Shown here: positions 1 through 11,142 of the stretch, piece by piece | How positions within the stretch are numbered: position 1 is the first letter of the stretch | Layout of the letters: each line of letters opens with the position of its first letter | Assembly (NCBI GenBank): GCA_965240325.2 | Contig: OZ251246.1 | Span: 620,001 to 684,000, forward strand | Origin: Rebecca billardiae RCC1528 | Lineage: Eukaryota > Protista > Haptophyta | Length of the DNA: 64,000 nt | Reading direction: 5' to 3' | The notes under the pieces: generated by a model | What the model was told of the DNA's origin: nothing | The model's database searches: none | The model's input: only the letters and a program-made list of their open reading frames with translations | Translations under genes and position numbers: made by a program

Positions 1-776
1 TGGCGTGCCTCGTGCTGTTGCCGCGCTTGATGGCCGACCGCAAGCCGATGAAGCTGTACACGTTCACGCTATGGTGGAACATTGCGCTCACGGTGTTCAG
101 CATGCTGGGCGCGATCAACACGATGCCGACGCTCGTGCGCGTCCTGTCGACCCGCGGCTTCCGCTACTCGTGCTGCGCCGATGTGTTTGAGATGGTTGGC
201 GGCGGCGGCCGGGGCGCCCCGTACGCCTGGGCCGCGCTTTTCGTGCTGTCGAAGCTGTTTGAGTACGGCGACACCGTGCTGCTTATGCTGAAGAAGAAGG
301 AGGTCATCTTCCTGCACGGCTTCCACCACGTCTCCGTCGGCCTGATCGCGTGGTACGGCTGTGGCAAGAACGCGCCGGTCGCGATGTGGTGTGGGACGAT
401 GAACTACACGGTGCACTCGTTCATGTACCTGTACTACTCGGCGATGGCGGCGCCGGCAGCACGCCCGCTCGCAAAGCCGTTCGCGGGGCTGATCACGCTG
501 CTGCAGATCTCGCAGATGGTTATGGCCACCGTCATCCACCTCGCCATTGTCTACTGGCACGTCACTGGCGCCGAGGGCGCCGGCTGCTGGTGGGACCCCC
601 CGGTGCTGCTCTGCACGCTCGGCGCATACATTGTCTACCTCGTGCTCTTCGCCAAGATCTTCGTCGAGCGCTACATGATGAAGCCGGCGGAGAAGCGCGC
701 CACGAACGCGGCTGCCAATGGCCGGGCCAAGTCCAATGGCCACACCAAGTCCAACGGCCACTCCAAGGCGGAATGA
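1..776 (+). CDS. ELO/GNS1-family fatty acid elongase (5' end outside window)
   Basis: ORF with SKLFEYGDT, FLHGFHH His-box, MNYTVHSFMYLYY, ITLLQISQM and multiple TM helices; open from the window edge. Confidence 0.93.
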   Translation, partial: ACLVLLPRLMADRKPMKLYTFTLWWNIALTVFSMLGAINTMPTLVRVLSTRGFRYSCCADVFEMVGGGGRGAPYAWAALFVLSKLFEYGDTVLLMLKKKEVIFLHGFHHVSVGLIAWYGCGKNAPVAMWCGTMNYTVHSFMYLYYSAMAAPAARPLAKPFAGLITLLQISQMVMATVIHLAIVYWHVTGAEGAGCWWDPPVLLCTLGAYIVYLVLFAKIFVERYMMKPAEKRATNAAANGRAKSNGHTKSNGHSKAE

Positions 777-1049
777 GGTCCGCCTCCGACGGTCGGGCGG
801 TGGCCGGTTCGCAGACCCGGTTCGCCGCGGACAGCGCGTTGAGAACGTGCAGCAGGCTTCTTGCCCTTATCGCAGCGCGCCGATGCAGCAGCCCTCGTCG
901 TAGCAGACGATCCTCGTCGGGCGAGACGTGGCTTTTCGGCTATGGCACCAGAGCAGTGCTGAATCGTGCGCGCGCCAAGCAGGCGGCTTGCTCGCGATAG
1001 ATTACACACGTCACGCGACATGCTGCACGCAGCACCATCATTTACCCGG

Positions 1050-1148
1050 CGGCGCTACCATCGGCGACGGCTTCATGGGCGGTGACAGTTGGCGGGCGTC
1101 AATCTCGCCTGCCTGAGCTGTGTGCGTCTCTTATTCTTAGTAAACTGT
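1050..1148. repeat. 99-bp dispersed repeat, copy 1
   Basis: Near-identical to 41958-42056 (2 differences seen); its 3' half is also at 54370-54417. Confidence 0.9.
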
Positions 1149-1206
1149 TGCTGTTTATTACACTAATAAATCAGTACGCGTAATTACATACTGAGCTGCT
1201 ACGTAC

Positions 1207-1323
<117 letters not shown>

Positions 1324-2616
1324 CCGCGGTGCAGGGCGGAGCGCGCAGCGTGGAGCCCGCACCAGCGGGCCCGAACCACGTTTCAAAAAGATCTTTGATC
1401 AAGAAAAAAGGGACGGGGGGCGGCGGAAAAAAATTAAGGGACGGGGGGCGATTTTTAGGGCTGGCGGAGACCGAGTTTCGAGTTTTTGAGATCGCATTGA
1501 GAGGTCTATCAGGCCAAAAAAAACCGCGCCCAGCTGATTCCCTTAAGTAAAGTGCGATCTGGACGTCAGCTGGACGTGACATTAGTGTAACGGTTCGTTA
1601 CGAGCGAATCGTACTCGTCTTCCCGGATCGCGTGACGTCCGGACTGGGCCACATCCGGATCGTCGGAGGTGACGTGCCCCGGCACGATGGGCGATGGCGG
1701 ATATGCGGGACGGCGCCTGCACGTGCCTCCGGACCCGCCTCCCGCTTGCTGCTCACGCAGTCAGCTGCGACCGTGGCGCATGATCGCAGAAGCAGTGCCG
1801 GCAGTACGGCCTGCATCAGCTAGTGCCGCGCCGTCGTGGCGCGCGCGGTACGGTTGCGGCGTTGCGCGTTTGCAGCGCTCGCAGCTCGGCGACGGCACGC
1901 GCGTGCGGCTCAGGTGTGTCAAATGCGGTCTCGTCGGCGCGCTTTCGCCTGCCACCTCGTGCACCCGTGCCGCCAGTTTCATCGTCTTCATGAGGACTGC
2001 TGCTGCTGTCGCCATCCGCTCTCCATCACCCCGCCTTATCGTCCCCTGACGAGAAGGTTACATCCGCACACCTACTAGACGCTGATAGTAACACCTAGTA
2101 CGACGCGGAGGATAATCAGATTCGTCACTGGAGACAACGAAACATCCGAAACCTCAAACCACACACACACAAATATATATAAATTAATGTCAAAATATAA
2201 AGAACACAAAATTAAAAACAAAAATAAAATTCACCATTTACGCATGCCAACGGCATCATGATCATTTTTATTACTATCTAAATTTTATTTTGATAGTAAC
2301 ATTGTTATTACTGACTAGTATAATGACGTTGTTACTGCTATGTAGTTAGTAACATTGGTAACTATCTCGGTAGTGACACTGTCACTACTAAGCTAGATCT
2401 ATACTTCAATCTATACTTGCTATAATACTATACTTCAATCCCGGTCAGTCATCTCAGACATTGATAGATAGATATCCGACTCGAGTCGTCTCGGCGTCTG
2501 TCATTCTCTTGAAAGTTATTCTGGCGTCCGCCGGAACAGTCATCAGCATAGTCTAGCTGCTCTCTCTCTCGTCTCTAGCTAAGCTGCTACTAGAATCATT
2601 ATCATCATCATCATCA

Positions 2617-2649
<33 letters not shown>

Positions 2650-2776
2650 GTCGTCTGAATAGTAAAGCTTGTTACAAAGTACTTACGACTACTAAATATA
2701 CTAACTTTGGCGTGTATCTGTGAAGTCCTGTCTAACTTAAACTCTATGAGTCTACCCGTTCGACCGCCTATGCCCT

Positions 2777-3235
2777 ATCCGGACGGGGCATCGAGCTCGA
2801 GCCAGGCCCGCATCCAGACCTGCGTGTAAAGTTGTAAAGTGTAAAGTAGGTCCGGGATCCCAGCCGGACATGTCCGGCCAGTCCGACCGGACGCGTGCGG
2901 CCGGGCCGTGCCAGCTGCCACCGGGCCCGGCACTCTCCGGCGCCTCCGCCCAGCGCCGGCCGGTCGCCGGGGCGCCGCGGCCGAGAGGCAGTGCAAAGTT
3001 GTAAAGTGTAAAGTACATCCGGGAGCCAGGCCGGACCTATCCGGACAGCCGTCCGGCCACGCACGCGTGCGGGCTGTGCCGACGCGCCGCGCCGGCCGGC
3101 TGCCGGGCGCACGAGGGCGTGTATGACAGTGTGAAAAAGTAAATCCGGGCGCCTCCGGACGGGGCATCGCGCGCCGCGCAAGCTGCTTGGCCCAGCAACC
3201 CCCCGTAAAAGTTGTAAAGTGTAAAGTAAGTCCGG
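2777..3235 (-). repeat. Diverged inverted copies of the 198-bp satellite unit
   Basis: GTAAAGTTGTAAAGTGTAAAGTA..TCCGG-type motifs near 2826, 2993 and 3206, plus CCGGACATGTCCGGCCAGTCCGACCGGACGCGTGC, are the reverse complement of the array unit. Confidence 0.88.
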
Positions 3236-3624
3236 GGCTTTCGCGGGTCCAATCCGGGATCCCGCAGCCCGAGCGGCGGCGCGATGTTCGCCGCCATGGT
3301 CGATGGTGTTCGCAAGCACGTTCAGAAGCCGCCCGCCCTCGACGACGCGATCTGCACGTGCGCGCGTTGGTCAGAGCACACGCGTGACGTGGGTGAGTCG
3401 GGGGACTACCCACTACGAAGCAAAGTAGAGCGTGAAGCAAGGTAGATGTGTTTCCGCGTGCGCGCTCGGGCAGCTCTGCTGTGACCCCTCGGCCACGTCG
3501 TGATGTGTGCGTCCGCGCGCACGGCCACGCCAGCGTGGCCAGTGCGCTTCCTCTTCAACGACACCAACGAGCTCGCCCTGGCGCACAACGTTGGCAGCAG
3601 CGCCGTGACTACACGGCTGCTGGT

Positions 3625-4180
3625 GGTGCGCGCGTCCGGTTGGCCACACCCTCGTGACTCTGCGGCTGCGCGCAGAAGCAGCGCCACCGGCGTGCTGCTG
3701 CCTGCCGGCATGCTGGTGGCGCCCGCGCCCGCGCCGCCGCCGCCATTTTGTGACCGTCCCACAGTGCGCCCCGCTGCATGCGCCATGTGGCGCGCGTCCG
3801 GTTGGCCACAGCCTCGTGACTCTGCGGCTCTGCGGCTGCGCGCACAAGCAGCGCCACCGGCGTGCTGCCGCTGCCGGCATGCTGATGGCGCCCGCGCCCG
3901 CGCCGCCGCCGCCATTTTGTGACCTTCCCGCGCCGTGCGCCCCGCTGCATGCGCCGTCTGGGGCGCGTCCGGTTGACCGCAGCCTCATGACTCTGCGGCT
4001 GCGCGCGCAAGCATCGCCGCTGGCGTGCTGCCGCTGCTCGCATGCTGATGGCGCCCGCGCCCGCGCCGCCGCCGCCATTTTGTGACCTTCCCGCGCGGTG
4101 CGCCCCGCTGCATGCGCCGTCTGGGGCGCGTCCAGTTAGCCACAGCCTCGTGACTCTGCGTCTCTGCGGCTGCACGCGCA
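3625..4180. repeat. Tandem repeat, ~160-175-bp unit, ~3.5 copies
   Basis: Recurring GCGCGTCCGGTT...GTGACTCTGCGGCTGCGCG...CCGCCGCCATTTTGTGACC. Confidence 0.85.
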
Positions 4181-5373
4181 TCTACCGCGGCGGGCTGCGC
4201 CTGCTGTTCACGGCCAAGGCGGACGGCGACCCCCGTACATCCCCGCCGCGGTCGTTGCCACCGCCGGCGACGGCGTCGTGCGCTGCGAGTGGCTTGCGCG
4301 CCTGCCCGCGTGGCACGCCCTCCGCACCCGCACTGTGCCCGCGGCTTGGCCCACACGCGTGCACAACGAGGCGGTCGAATGGGCAGCGCGTGCGTAGACG
4401 GCACCTGCGCCGTCGGGTCAGCGCCGCCCGTGCGCCGGGCGTGCGCACCTTCCCGCCTCGCCAGCTGGCGCGCGAACCGCCCTCGCCGCGTGGCTAAACG
4501 AGCAGCTCGGCTCGCGCGGCGCGGGCGAGCCGATCAGTGCGCGCCCGGCGGCGCCGGGCGCTGGCCGCCGATTACGCGCGTGTACGCGGGGCGCTCGCCG
4601 GGTCTACTGGCGACGTGCTCGACGGCGAGTCGATGGTGTGACTACAAGCGCAGTGAGCACTGGCGGCGGATTGTCTTCTACTTCGCCAAGCTAGACGGCA
4701 TCGACCTCTGCTGCGTGGACGACGCGTGTGTCCACGCGCACGGCCGCGCAGGCGCAGCTGCCGTGCGCCTTCGTGGCTTCCTTTTGACGGTGCCGACGGG
4801 CTCGCCCCCTCACCACGCGTGGCCTGCGCGGCCGTGCAGCGCAGGCACGGTGGCTCGCGCGGCAAGGCGCCGGTTGCGCGCTCGCAGCAGTTTGCAGCCC
4901 TCCGGCGCGCGGCGTTTGCTGCAGCGCCGTGACCACGCGGCTGTGGGCCGCGCCACTGGTGCTGCTGGCCGCCGCGGCCATGCCGCCGCCGCCATGATAC
5001 GACCTTTTCGCGCTGTGCGCCCCGCTACACACAGCATGCGTGGACGACCGCGCTGCCCCTCGCGCCAAATGGCGCCCAGCAATACGGATGCGCACTGCAC
5101 ACTGCGTGCAGCGGGTTGAACGGCCCTGGCTGTGGCGTGCAACGTGCGCCGTAGAGGCGTGACTCGCCAGCCCGCGGCGGGCGTAGCGCGCGCACGCACG
5201 GGCGAGCAGCACTACTGCGTGTTGCTCAGCCGCGCCCGCGCCGCGCCATCGGTAGGTGGTGGCGCCCTCGACCGGCATCGAATCGCCCTCCCTCACCTAC
5301 CTCCCTCGCCCGGGCGGGTCGATCGCGGGCGCCGGCATCGCGATCCAAATCGCGTCCGGCCGCGTCGTCCCGC

Positions 5374-7340
5374 CCGGACTTACTTTACACTTTACAACTT
5401 TACAGGCCCTCTCGCGCCCGCGGCCGGCGGCGCGGCGGCCAGCACGCGTCCGGTCGGACTGGCCGGACATGTCCGGCTGGGCTCCCGGACCTACTTTACA
5501 CTTTACAACTTTACACGCCGGGCTGGGTGCTGGCCTGGCTCGTGCTCGATGCCTCGTCCGGACGTGCGCTCCCGGACCTACTTTACACTTTACAACTTTA
5601 CAGGCCCTCTCGCGCCCGCGGCCGGCGGCGCGGCGGCCAGCACGCGTCCGGTCGGACTGGCCGGACATGTCCGGCTGGGCTCCCGGACCTACTTTACACT
5701 TTACAACTTTACACGCCGGGCTGGGTGCTGGCCTGGCTCGTGCTCGATGCCCCGTCCGGACGTGCGCTCCCGGACTTACTTTACACTTTACAACTTTACA
5801 GGCCCTCTCGCGCCCGCGGCCGGCGGCGCGGCGGCCAGCACGCGTCCGGTCGGACTGGCCGGACATGTCCGGCTGGGCTCCCGGACCTACTTTACACTTT
5901 ACAACTTTACACGCCGGGCTGGGTGCTGGCCTGGTTCGTGCTCGATGCCCCGTCCGGACGTGCGCTCCCGGACTTACTTTACACTTTACAACTTTACAGG
6001 CCGCCCTCTCGCGCCCGCGGCCGGCGGCGCGGCGGCCAGCATGAGCACGCGTCCGGTCGGACTGGCCGGACATGTCCGGCTGGGCTCCCGGACCTACTTT
6101 ACACTTTACAACTTTACACGCCGGGCTGGGTGCTGGCCTGGCTCGTGCTCGATGCCTCGTCCGGACGTGCGCTCCCGGACCTACTTTACACTTTACAACT
6201 TTACAGGCCCTCTCGCGCCCGCGGTCGGCGGCGCGGCGGCCAGCACGCGTCCGGTCGGACTGGCCGGACATGTCCGGCTGGGCTCCCGGACCTACTTTAC
6301 ACTTTACAACTTTACACGCCGGGCTGGGTGCTGGCCTGGTTCGTGCTCGATGCCCCGTCCGGACGTGCGCTCCCGGACTTACTTTACACTTTACAACTTT
6401 ACAGGCCCTCTCGCGCCCGCGGCCGGCGGCGCGGCGGCCAGCACGCGTCCGGTCGGACTGGCCGGACATGTCCGGCTGGGCTCCCGGACCTACTTTACAC
6501 TTTACAACTTTACTACACGCCGGGCTGGGTGCTGGCCTGGTTCGTGCTCGATGCCCCGTCCGGACGTGCGCTCCCGGACTTACTTTACACTTTACAACTT
6601 TACAGGCCCTCTCGCGCCCGCGGCCGGCGGCGCGGCGGCCAGCACGCGTCCGGTCGGACTGGCCGGACATGTCCGGCTGGGCTCCCGGACCTACTTTACA
6701 CTTTACAACTTTACACGCCGGGCTGGGTGCTGGCCTGGTTCGTGCTCGATGCCCCGTCCGGACGTGCGCTCCCGGACTTACTTTACACTTTACAACTTTA
6801 CAGGCCCTCTCGCGCCCGCGGCCGGCGGCGCGGCGGCCAGCACGCGTCCGGTCGGACTGGCCGGACATGTCCGGCTGGGCTCCCGGACCTACTTTACACT
6901 TTACAACTTTACACGCCGGGCTGGGTGCTGGCCTGGCTCGTGCTCGATGCCTCGTCCGGACGTGCGCTCCCGGACCTACTTTACACTTTACAACTTTACA
7001 GGCCCTCTCGCGCCCGCGGCCGGCGGCGCGGCGGCCAGCACGCGTCCGGTCGGACTGGCCGGACATGTCCGGCTGGGCTCCCGGACCTGCTTTACACTTT
7101 ACAACTTTACACGCCGGGCTGGGTGCTGGCCTGGTTCGTGCTCGATGCCCCGTCCGGACGTGCGCTCCCGGACCTACTTTACACTTTACAACTTTACAGG
7201 CCCTCTCGCGCCCGCGGCCGGCGGCGCGGCGGCCAGCACGCGTCCGGTCGGACTGGCCGGACATGTCCGGCTGGGCTCCCGGACCTACTTTACACTTTAC
7301 AACTTTACACGCCGAAGTGGGTGGTGGCCTGGCTCATGGT
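5374..7340 (+). repeat. 198-bp tandem array (~10 units, 20 copies of a 31-bp TTTACA core)
   Basis: Units start at 5374, 5572, 5770, 5968, 6175, 6373, 6574, 6772, 6970 and 7168; each carries two CCGGAC(C/T)TACTTTACACTTTACAACTTTACA motifs separated by two alternating GC-rich linkers. Confidence 0.97.
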
Positions 7341-7774
7341 CGCGCCGGCCAGATCAGTCGCGCGCGCGCGGCGGCACTGCGCGCGCGCGGGGCGCGCGTG
7401 CCTTTCCTAGAAACTTCCGCAGAGCCGCGAGAAGGTTACACTTTACATAGTGACAGGGCTGGACCGGGCTTACTAGTTACACATCGGAGACCACGACGTT
7501 ACATATAGGAGGCATAGGCTACATTTCTACTAGTACTATACGGCTTTTCTGGGGGGTGTAACCTTCTCGTGACAGGACCACCACCTCACCCCGAGTCGCC
7601 GGTCGCGCGGCGCGCGCGGTAGGCACTAGGCAGGGCGTACGGTCACTCACCCGTGCAACGGGTCAAGTGGCCAGAGTACGTCTGGTCGTTGGCTGGCACG
7701 GGCCGCAGCGCTAAAGCACCCTGCTGTCACACCCGACTCCTTCAGTACTCCGAGCTCCGCGGCACGACTCACTC

Positions 7775-7920
7775 GGCACGATCGCGGACGGGTCGGATCC
7801 GAGCTGATCAGCCAGAGTTGGACACAGTTTGGCAGCTACCAGTAGTAATTCCGATGCCGATGGCACGATCGCGGACGGGTCGGATCCGAGCTGATCAGCC
7901 AGTTGGACATTTGGCAGCTA
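7775..7920. repeat. Local direct duplication (~60 bp x2)
   Basis: GGCACGATCGCGGACGGGTCGGATCCGAGCTGATCAGCCAG at ~7775 and ~7862. Confidence 0.85.
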
Positions 7921-8172
7921 GTTGTCAGACGGACGTCCGATTTGACGACCGGTGCCGGGTGCGGTCTCAGGTCCGCTGCTGTGATTGTGTGAAGTGTGAA
8001 TGAGTCTCGCGGTCGCGCAGGCAGGGCGACGGTCGGACTAATATAGCTTCAGTCATCTCAGAACCGACTTCAACTGGCGAACTGCCACTACGGCGGAGAG
8101 CCGCGATTGCACGGCCACCGCGGGCCCCCAACTGCGTTGATTCTATGCAGATTAAAGGACCGCGGAACGCGG

Positions 8173-8211
<39 letters not shown>

Positions 8212-9390
8212 GTGTTATTGGCACAATAATCGATTGTGTCCGCTGGCGAGAAGTACGTGGCCATACCACCCGCCGCCGATCGACTTTGCCCGCTAGCGTC
8301 GTACAGGTACAGGGCGAACCTGTTGGCTCTCATCGAGGTCAATAACGCACCCTCGCGAACGCGCTTGCTGCAGCCGCTTACCTCGGTACCCCGTACGCCT
8401 CCAGCCGAGCTGGCCCACTGCTGGTGACGAAGCGCTATACCTGTTCGCGCATACAGCATCATGGCGGATACAAATAATCCGTCCGCCATCATGCTGACAA
8501 CGGAGCAGTCACCACGTGCGCTCACCATCTCCGCCATCAAGCATCATACAAGCAGCAGCTTTGATTCATCAATGACTACAAACTCGGCGGTCGTCGTCCA
8601 GCAATATTCCAGCTCATCGATTGGCTTTCGTCTACTCATCTGCTGCAGCCAGGCGACGAAGCTGCAGTATCCGCTCGCCAAAGAGCGGGCTCGCCGAAGC
8701 TTCCGCCTCGTCAGATTCGATCTCGGCTTTTCACCCGCACCGGCTGCTTGGCGAGCCAGCCGAGCTCGATTTTCAGCTGCGCTGCTTTCAGCTGTGTGCC
8801 GCCTGTTTCGCAGCCGCTTTCGTGCCAACGCGCACGACGACGAGAAAATCCCAACAAGGAGTGTCTGCATCATATAAGTATGCGCCTGCCGCATCCAGGC
8901 ATTGGTTACGTATGCAGGGTCAAGGACACATATATATATATATACATCATCCTCATCGATATCGAATCACGTCGCGTCATCACGTCAGTCGTCGTCGTCA
9001 TCATCATCAAATTCAATCGCCGGATATCGAAATCGATCATATCTAGCTATACTACTGCTGTCAATTATTATAATATATATATTATATATATGAAAATATG
9101 CCGCCATTATCACATTCATTATTTCACCGCCGCGCCCGCCCGGGCGGCGGGCGACGCCGCCGGCGCCCGCGCCGGCCGGCCGGCCCTGACTCGCCGCCGG
9201 CGGCATCCTTTTAAAATATTTATTATATATAATTATTATATATTATATTATTGCATCATATCATCGCGTCGGTGACTCATGCAGCTGCATCTGCGGCCGC
9301 GCCGCGCCCGCGACTCTGGACGACGCGGACGCCGGCGGAATAATCATCATCATCATCATCATATAGTCATATACTGCGCGGGCGGCATTG

Positions 9391-10932
9391 TCAGATTTCA
9401 TCCTCGCGACTCTCTGGGATGGCGTAGTCCCTTGGCAGCAGTGCCGCCGAGAGGGATTGCCCGATCGGCCCGGCGGGCTCTTGGCGCAGGTCGAACTTGA
9501 GCAGGTCAAGCGTCGACTCGAACATCGCGATCGACGACCGCCTTCGCGACGTGGAGCCCTTCGGCGGCGCCGACATGAGCGACGCGAGTGACCGAGACGC
9601 GAGCGGCGACGCGACCAGTGGGGCCTCGATGAGAGTGTGTAGCGACTCGACGGCCAGAATGCCCGAGGTCGACGCCATCAGGACGGAGGCGCGCCGCGCG
9701 TGGCTGCGCGCCATCGTCGGAGTGGGTGGCGGCTCTGGCGCGCGCTCGCGGCAGCGGCGGAGCGCCGTGTCGAAGAAGCGGTAGACACACAGCCCGGCCA
9801 TGATCACGACGAGCCCGCTGAAGTTGGCCAGCGTGAGCGGCGCCGCGCCTGGCATGAAGGGCAGGGCGAACGCGCAGTTGCCCAGCGGCACGAGCAGCGT
9901 CATCGCGAGGTAGAGCAGGCTCGACGAGCCGTACTTGAGCATCAGCACGATCAGCACGTTGTACATCTGGTTGAAGAGCAGGTAGGCTGCGAGGTAGACT
10001 AGCCCGCCCGGCCAGCAGTGGTCGGCTGGCCGCGACGAGGTTGCGTCAGCCCAGCCGACGGTGTCGACGCCGACGAAGCACGCGGCGCCATTGAGCAGGT
10101 TGGCCGGCACGTCGAGCGGGCGCACGCCCGAGAGCGGCGCGGCGAGGAACGCCACGGGGATCGTGAAGAGGAACTGCCACACTGCCACCCAGCCGTTCAG
10201 GTAGATCGGATCAATGTCAATCTTGGCAAGCGCGCGCTCCTTGAAGACCGTCGACATGCACATTGGGACGCACGAGAGGACGAGGACGGCGGACCAGAGG
10301 ATCGGGCTGCACAGGGCGGAGGTGCATCCCGACGACTCCGCCGAGCCCGGCCGGAACGTCGGCGCGAGGATCACCGCGATGCCGCCGATCACGATCAGAG
10401 CGCCGGCGCACTGCGCGCGCGAGTAGCGCGCGCCGAGCGACACAGCAGAGATAGCCATCGACAAGGGGATGCTCGCCTGCTGCAGCAGGATCAGCAGGGA
10501 GCCCGATTTGATGTACGTCGTGGCGAAGAGCTGCATGATGCCGGCGAGCGAGTCGAGCGCGCCCATCGTGAAGAAGACGAGCTGCGGCACGGAGCGGTCG
10601 GTCTCAGTGATTCGGCCGGCGCGCTGCGCGGGGATGATGTACGCGAAGGAGGTGGGGATGTAGATTGCGGTGCTGGCGAGCGTGACGAAAATGGGGTAGT
10701 TGAATAGCGGAATCGTCGCCAGCTTGATGAACACCTTGTTGCCTAGACCTGGGCAGCATGCGGGCGGCGGCCGCCTGGGTCAGTCATTGGCAGCCCGCGG
10801 GCAGCATGCAGCGCGCCGACGGGCGGGACGCAACGCACCACAGACGAGAAGGGACACAAACGTGATGGCGAGGCGCTGCTTCCGCGAGCTTCGCTCCGCC
10901 TCCTCCTCCGTGTAATCGTCCTGCTTTCCCAT
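9391..10932 (-). CDS. CRT-like (chloroquine-resistance-transporter/CLT family, DMT superfamily) transporter; 2 exons (10932-10839, 10748-9391)
   Basis: Removing a GT-AG intron gives ...LVCGLGNKVFIKLA...; motifs LDSLAGIMQ, LLQQASIP, STVFKE, NGWVAVWQ; ~10 TM helices. Confidence 0.85.
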
Positions 10933-11142
10933 GTCGGTCCCGTCGTCGTCAACGGCGGCTGAGCAAGCCCGAGCGACGCGAGAGTCGGCGTTTGATCGAC
11001 GTGACGACGGATTGCGATTCGATGACGACGATCGCTCGCTAATCTCTATGCCGTTACAATACAATACCCGCCTTCAAATCATTTGGATTGAGATAACGTT
11101 CCGTTTGTTACTTCTTTCTCGAGCGGCCTCCGCGAGTCCGCG

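Larger units (their letters stand above)
2050..7569. mobile_element. Non-autonomous TIR DNA-transposon-like element with an internal satellite
   Basis: Perfect 13-bp inverted termini CGAGAAGGTTACA (2050-2062 / 7557-7569), flanked by a direct TGA (2047-2049, 7570-7572); subterminal repeat units in opposite orientation at 2777-3235 and 5374-7340. Confidence 0.75.

Noticed and set aside
1434-1546. Kolobok/piggyBac-like mini-element (TTAAGGGA...TCCCTTAA)
   Set aside because: The inverted match extends only 4 bp beyond TTAA; insufficient
5374-7340. CRISPR-like array (31-bp repeat plus spacers)
   Set aside because: The spacers are only two alternating sequences rather than unique ones, no cas genes are present, and the context is eukaryotic; it is a tandem repeat
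8088-8894. Short minus-strand ORFs
   Set aside because: Interrupted by a stop, running into (TA)n, and no recognisable family
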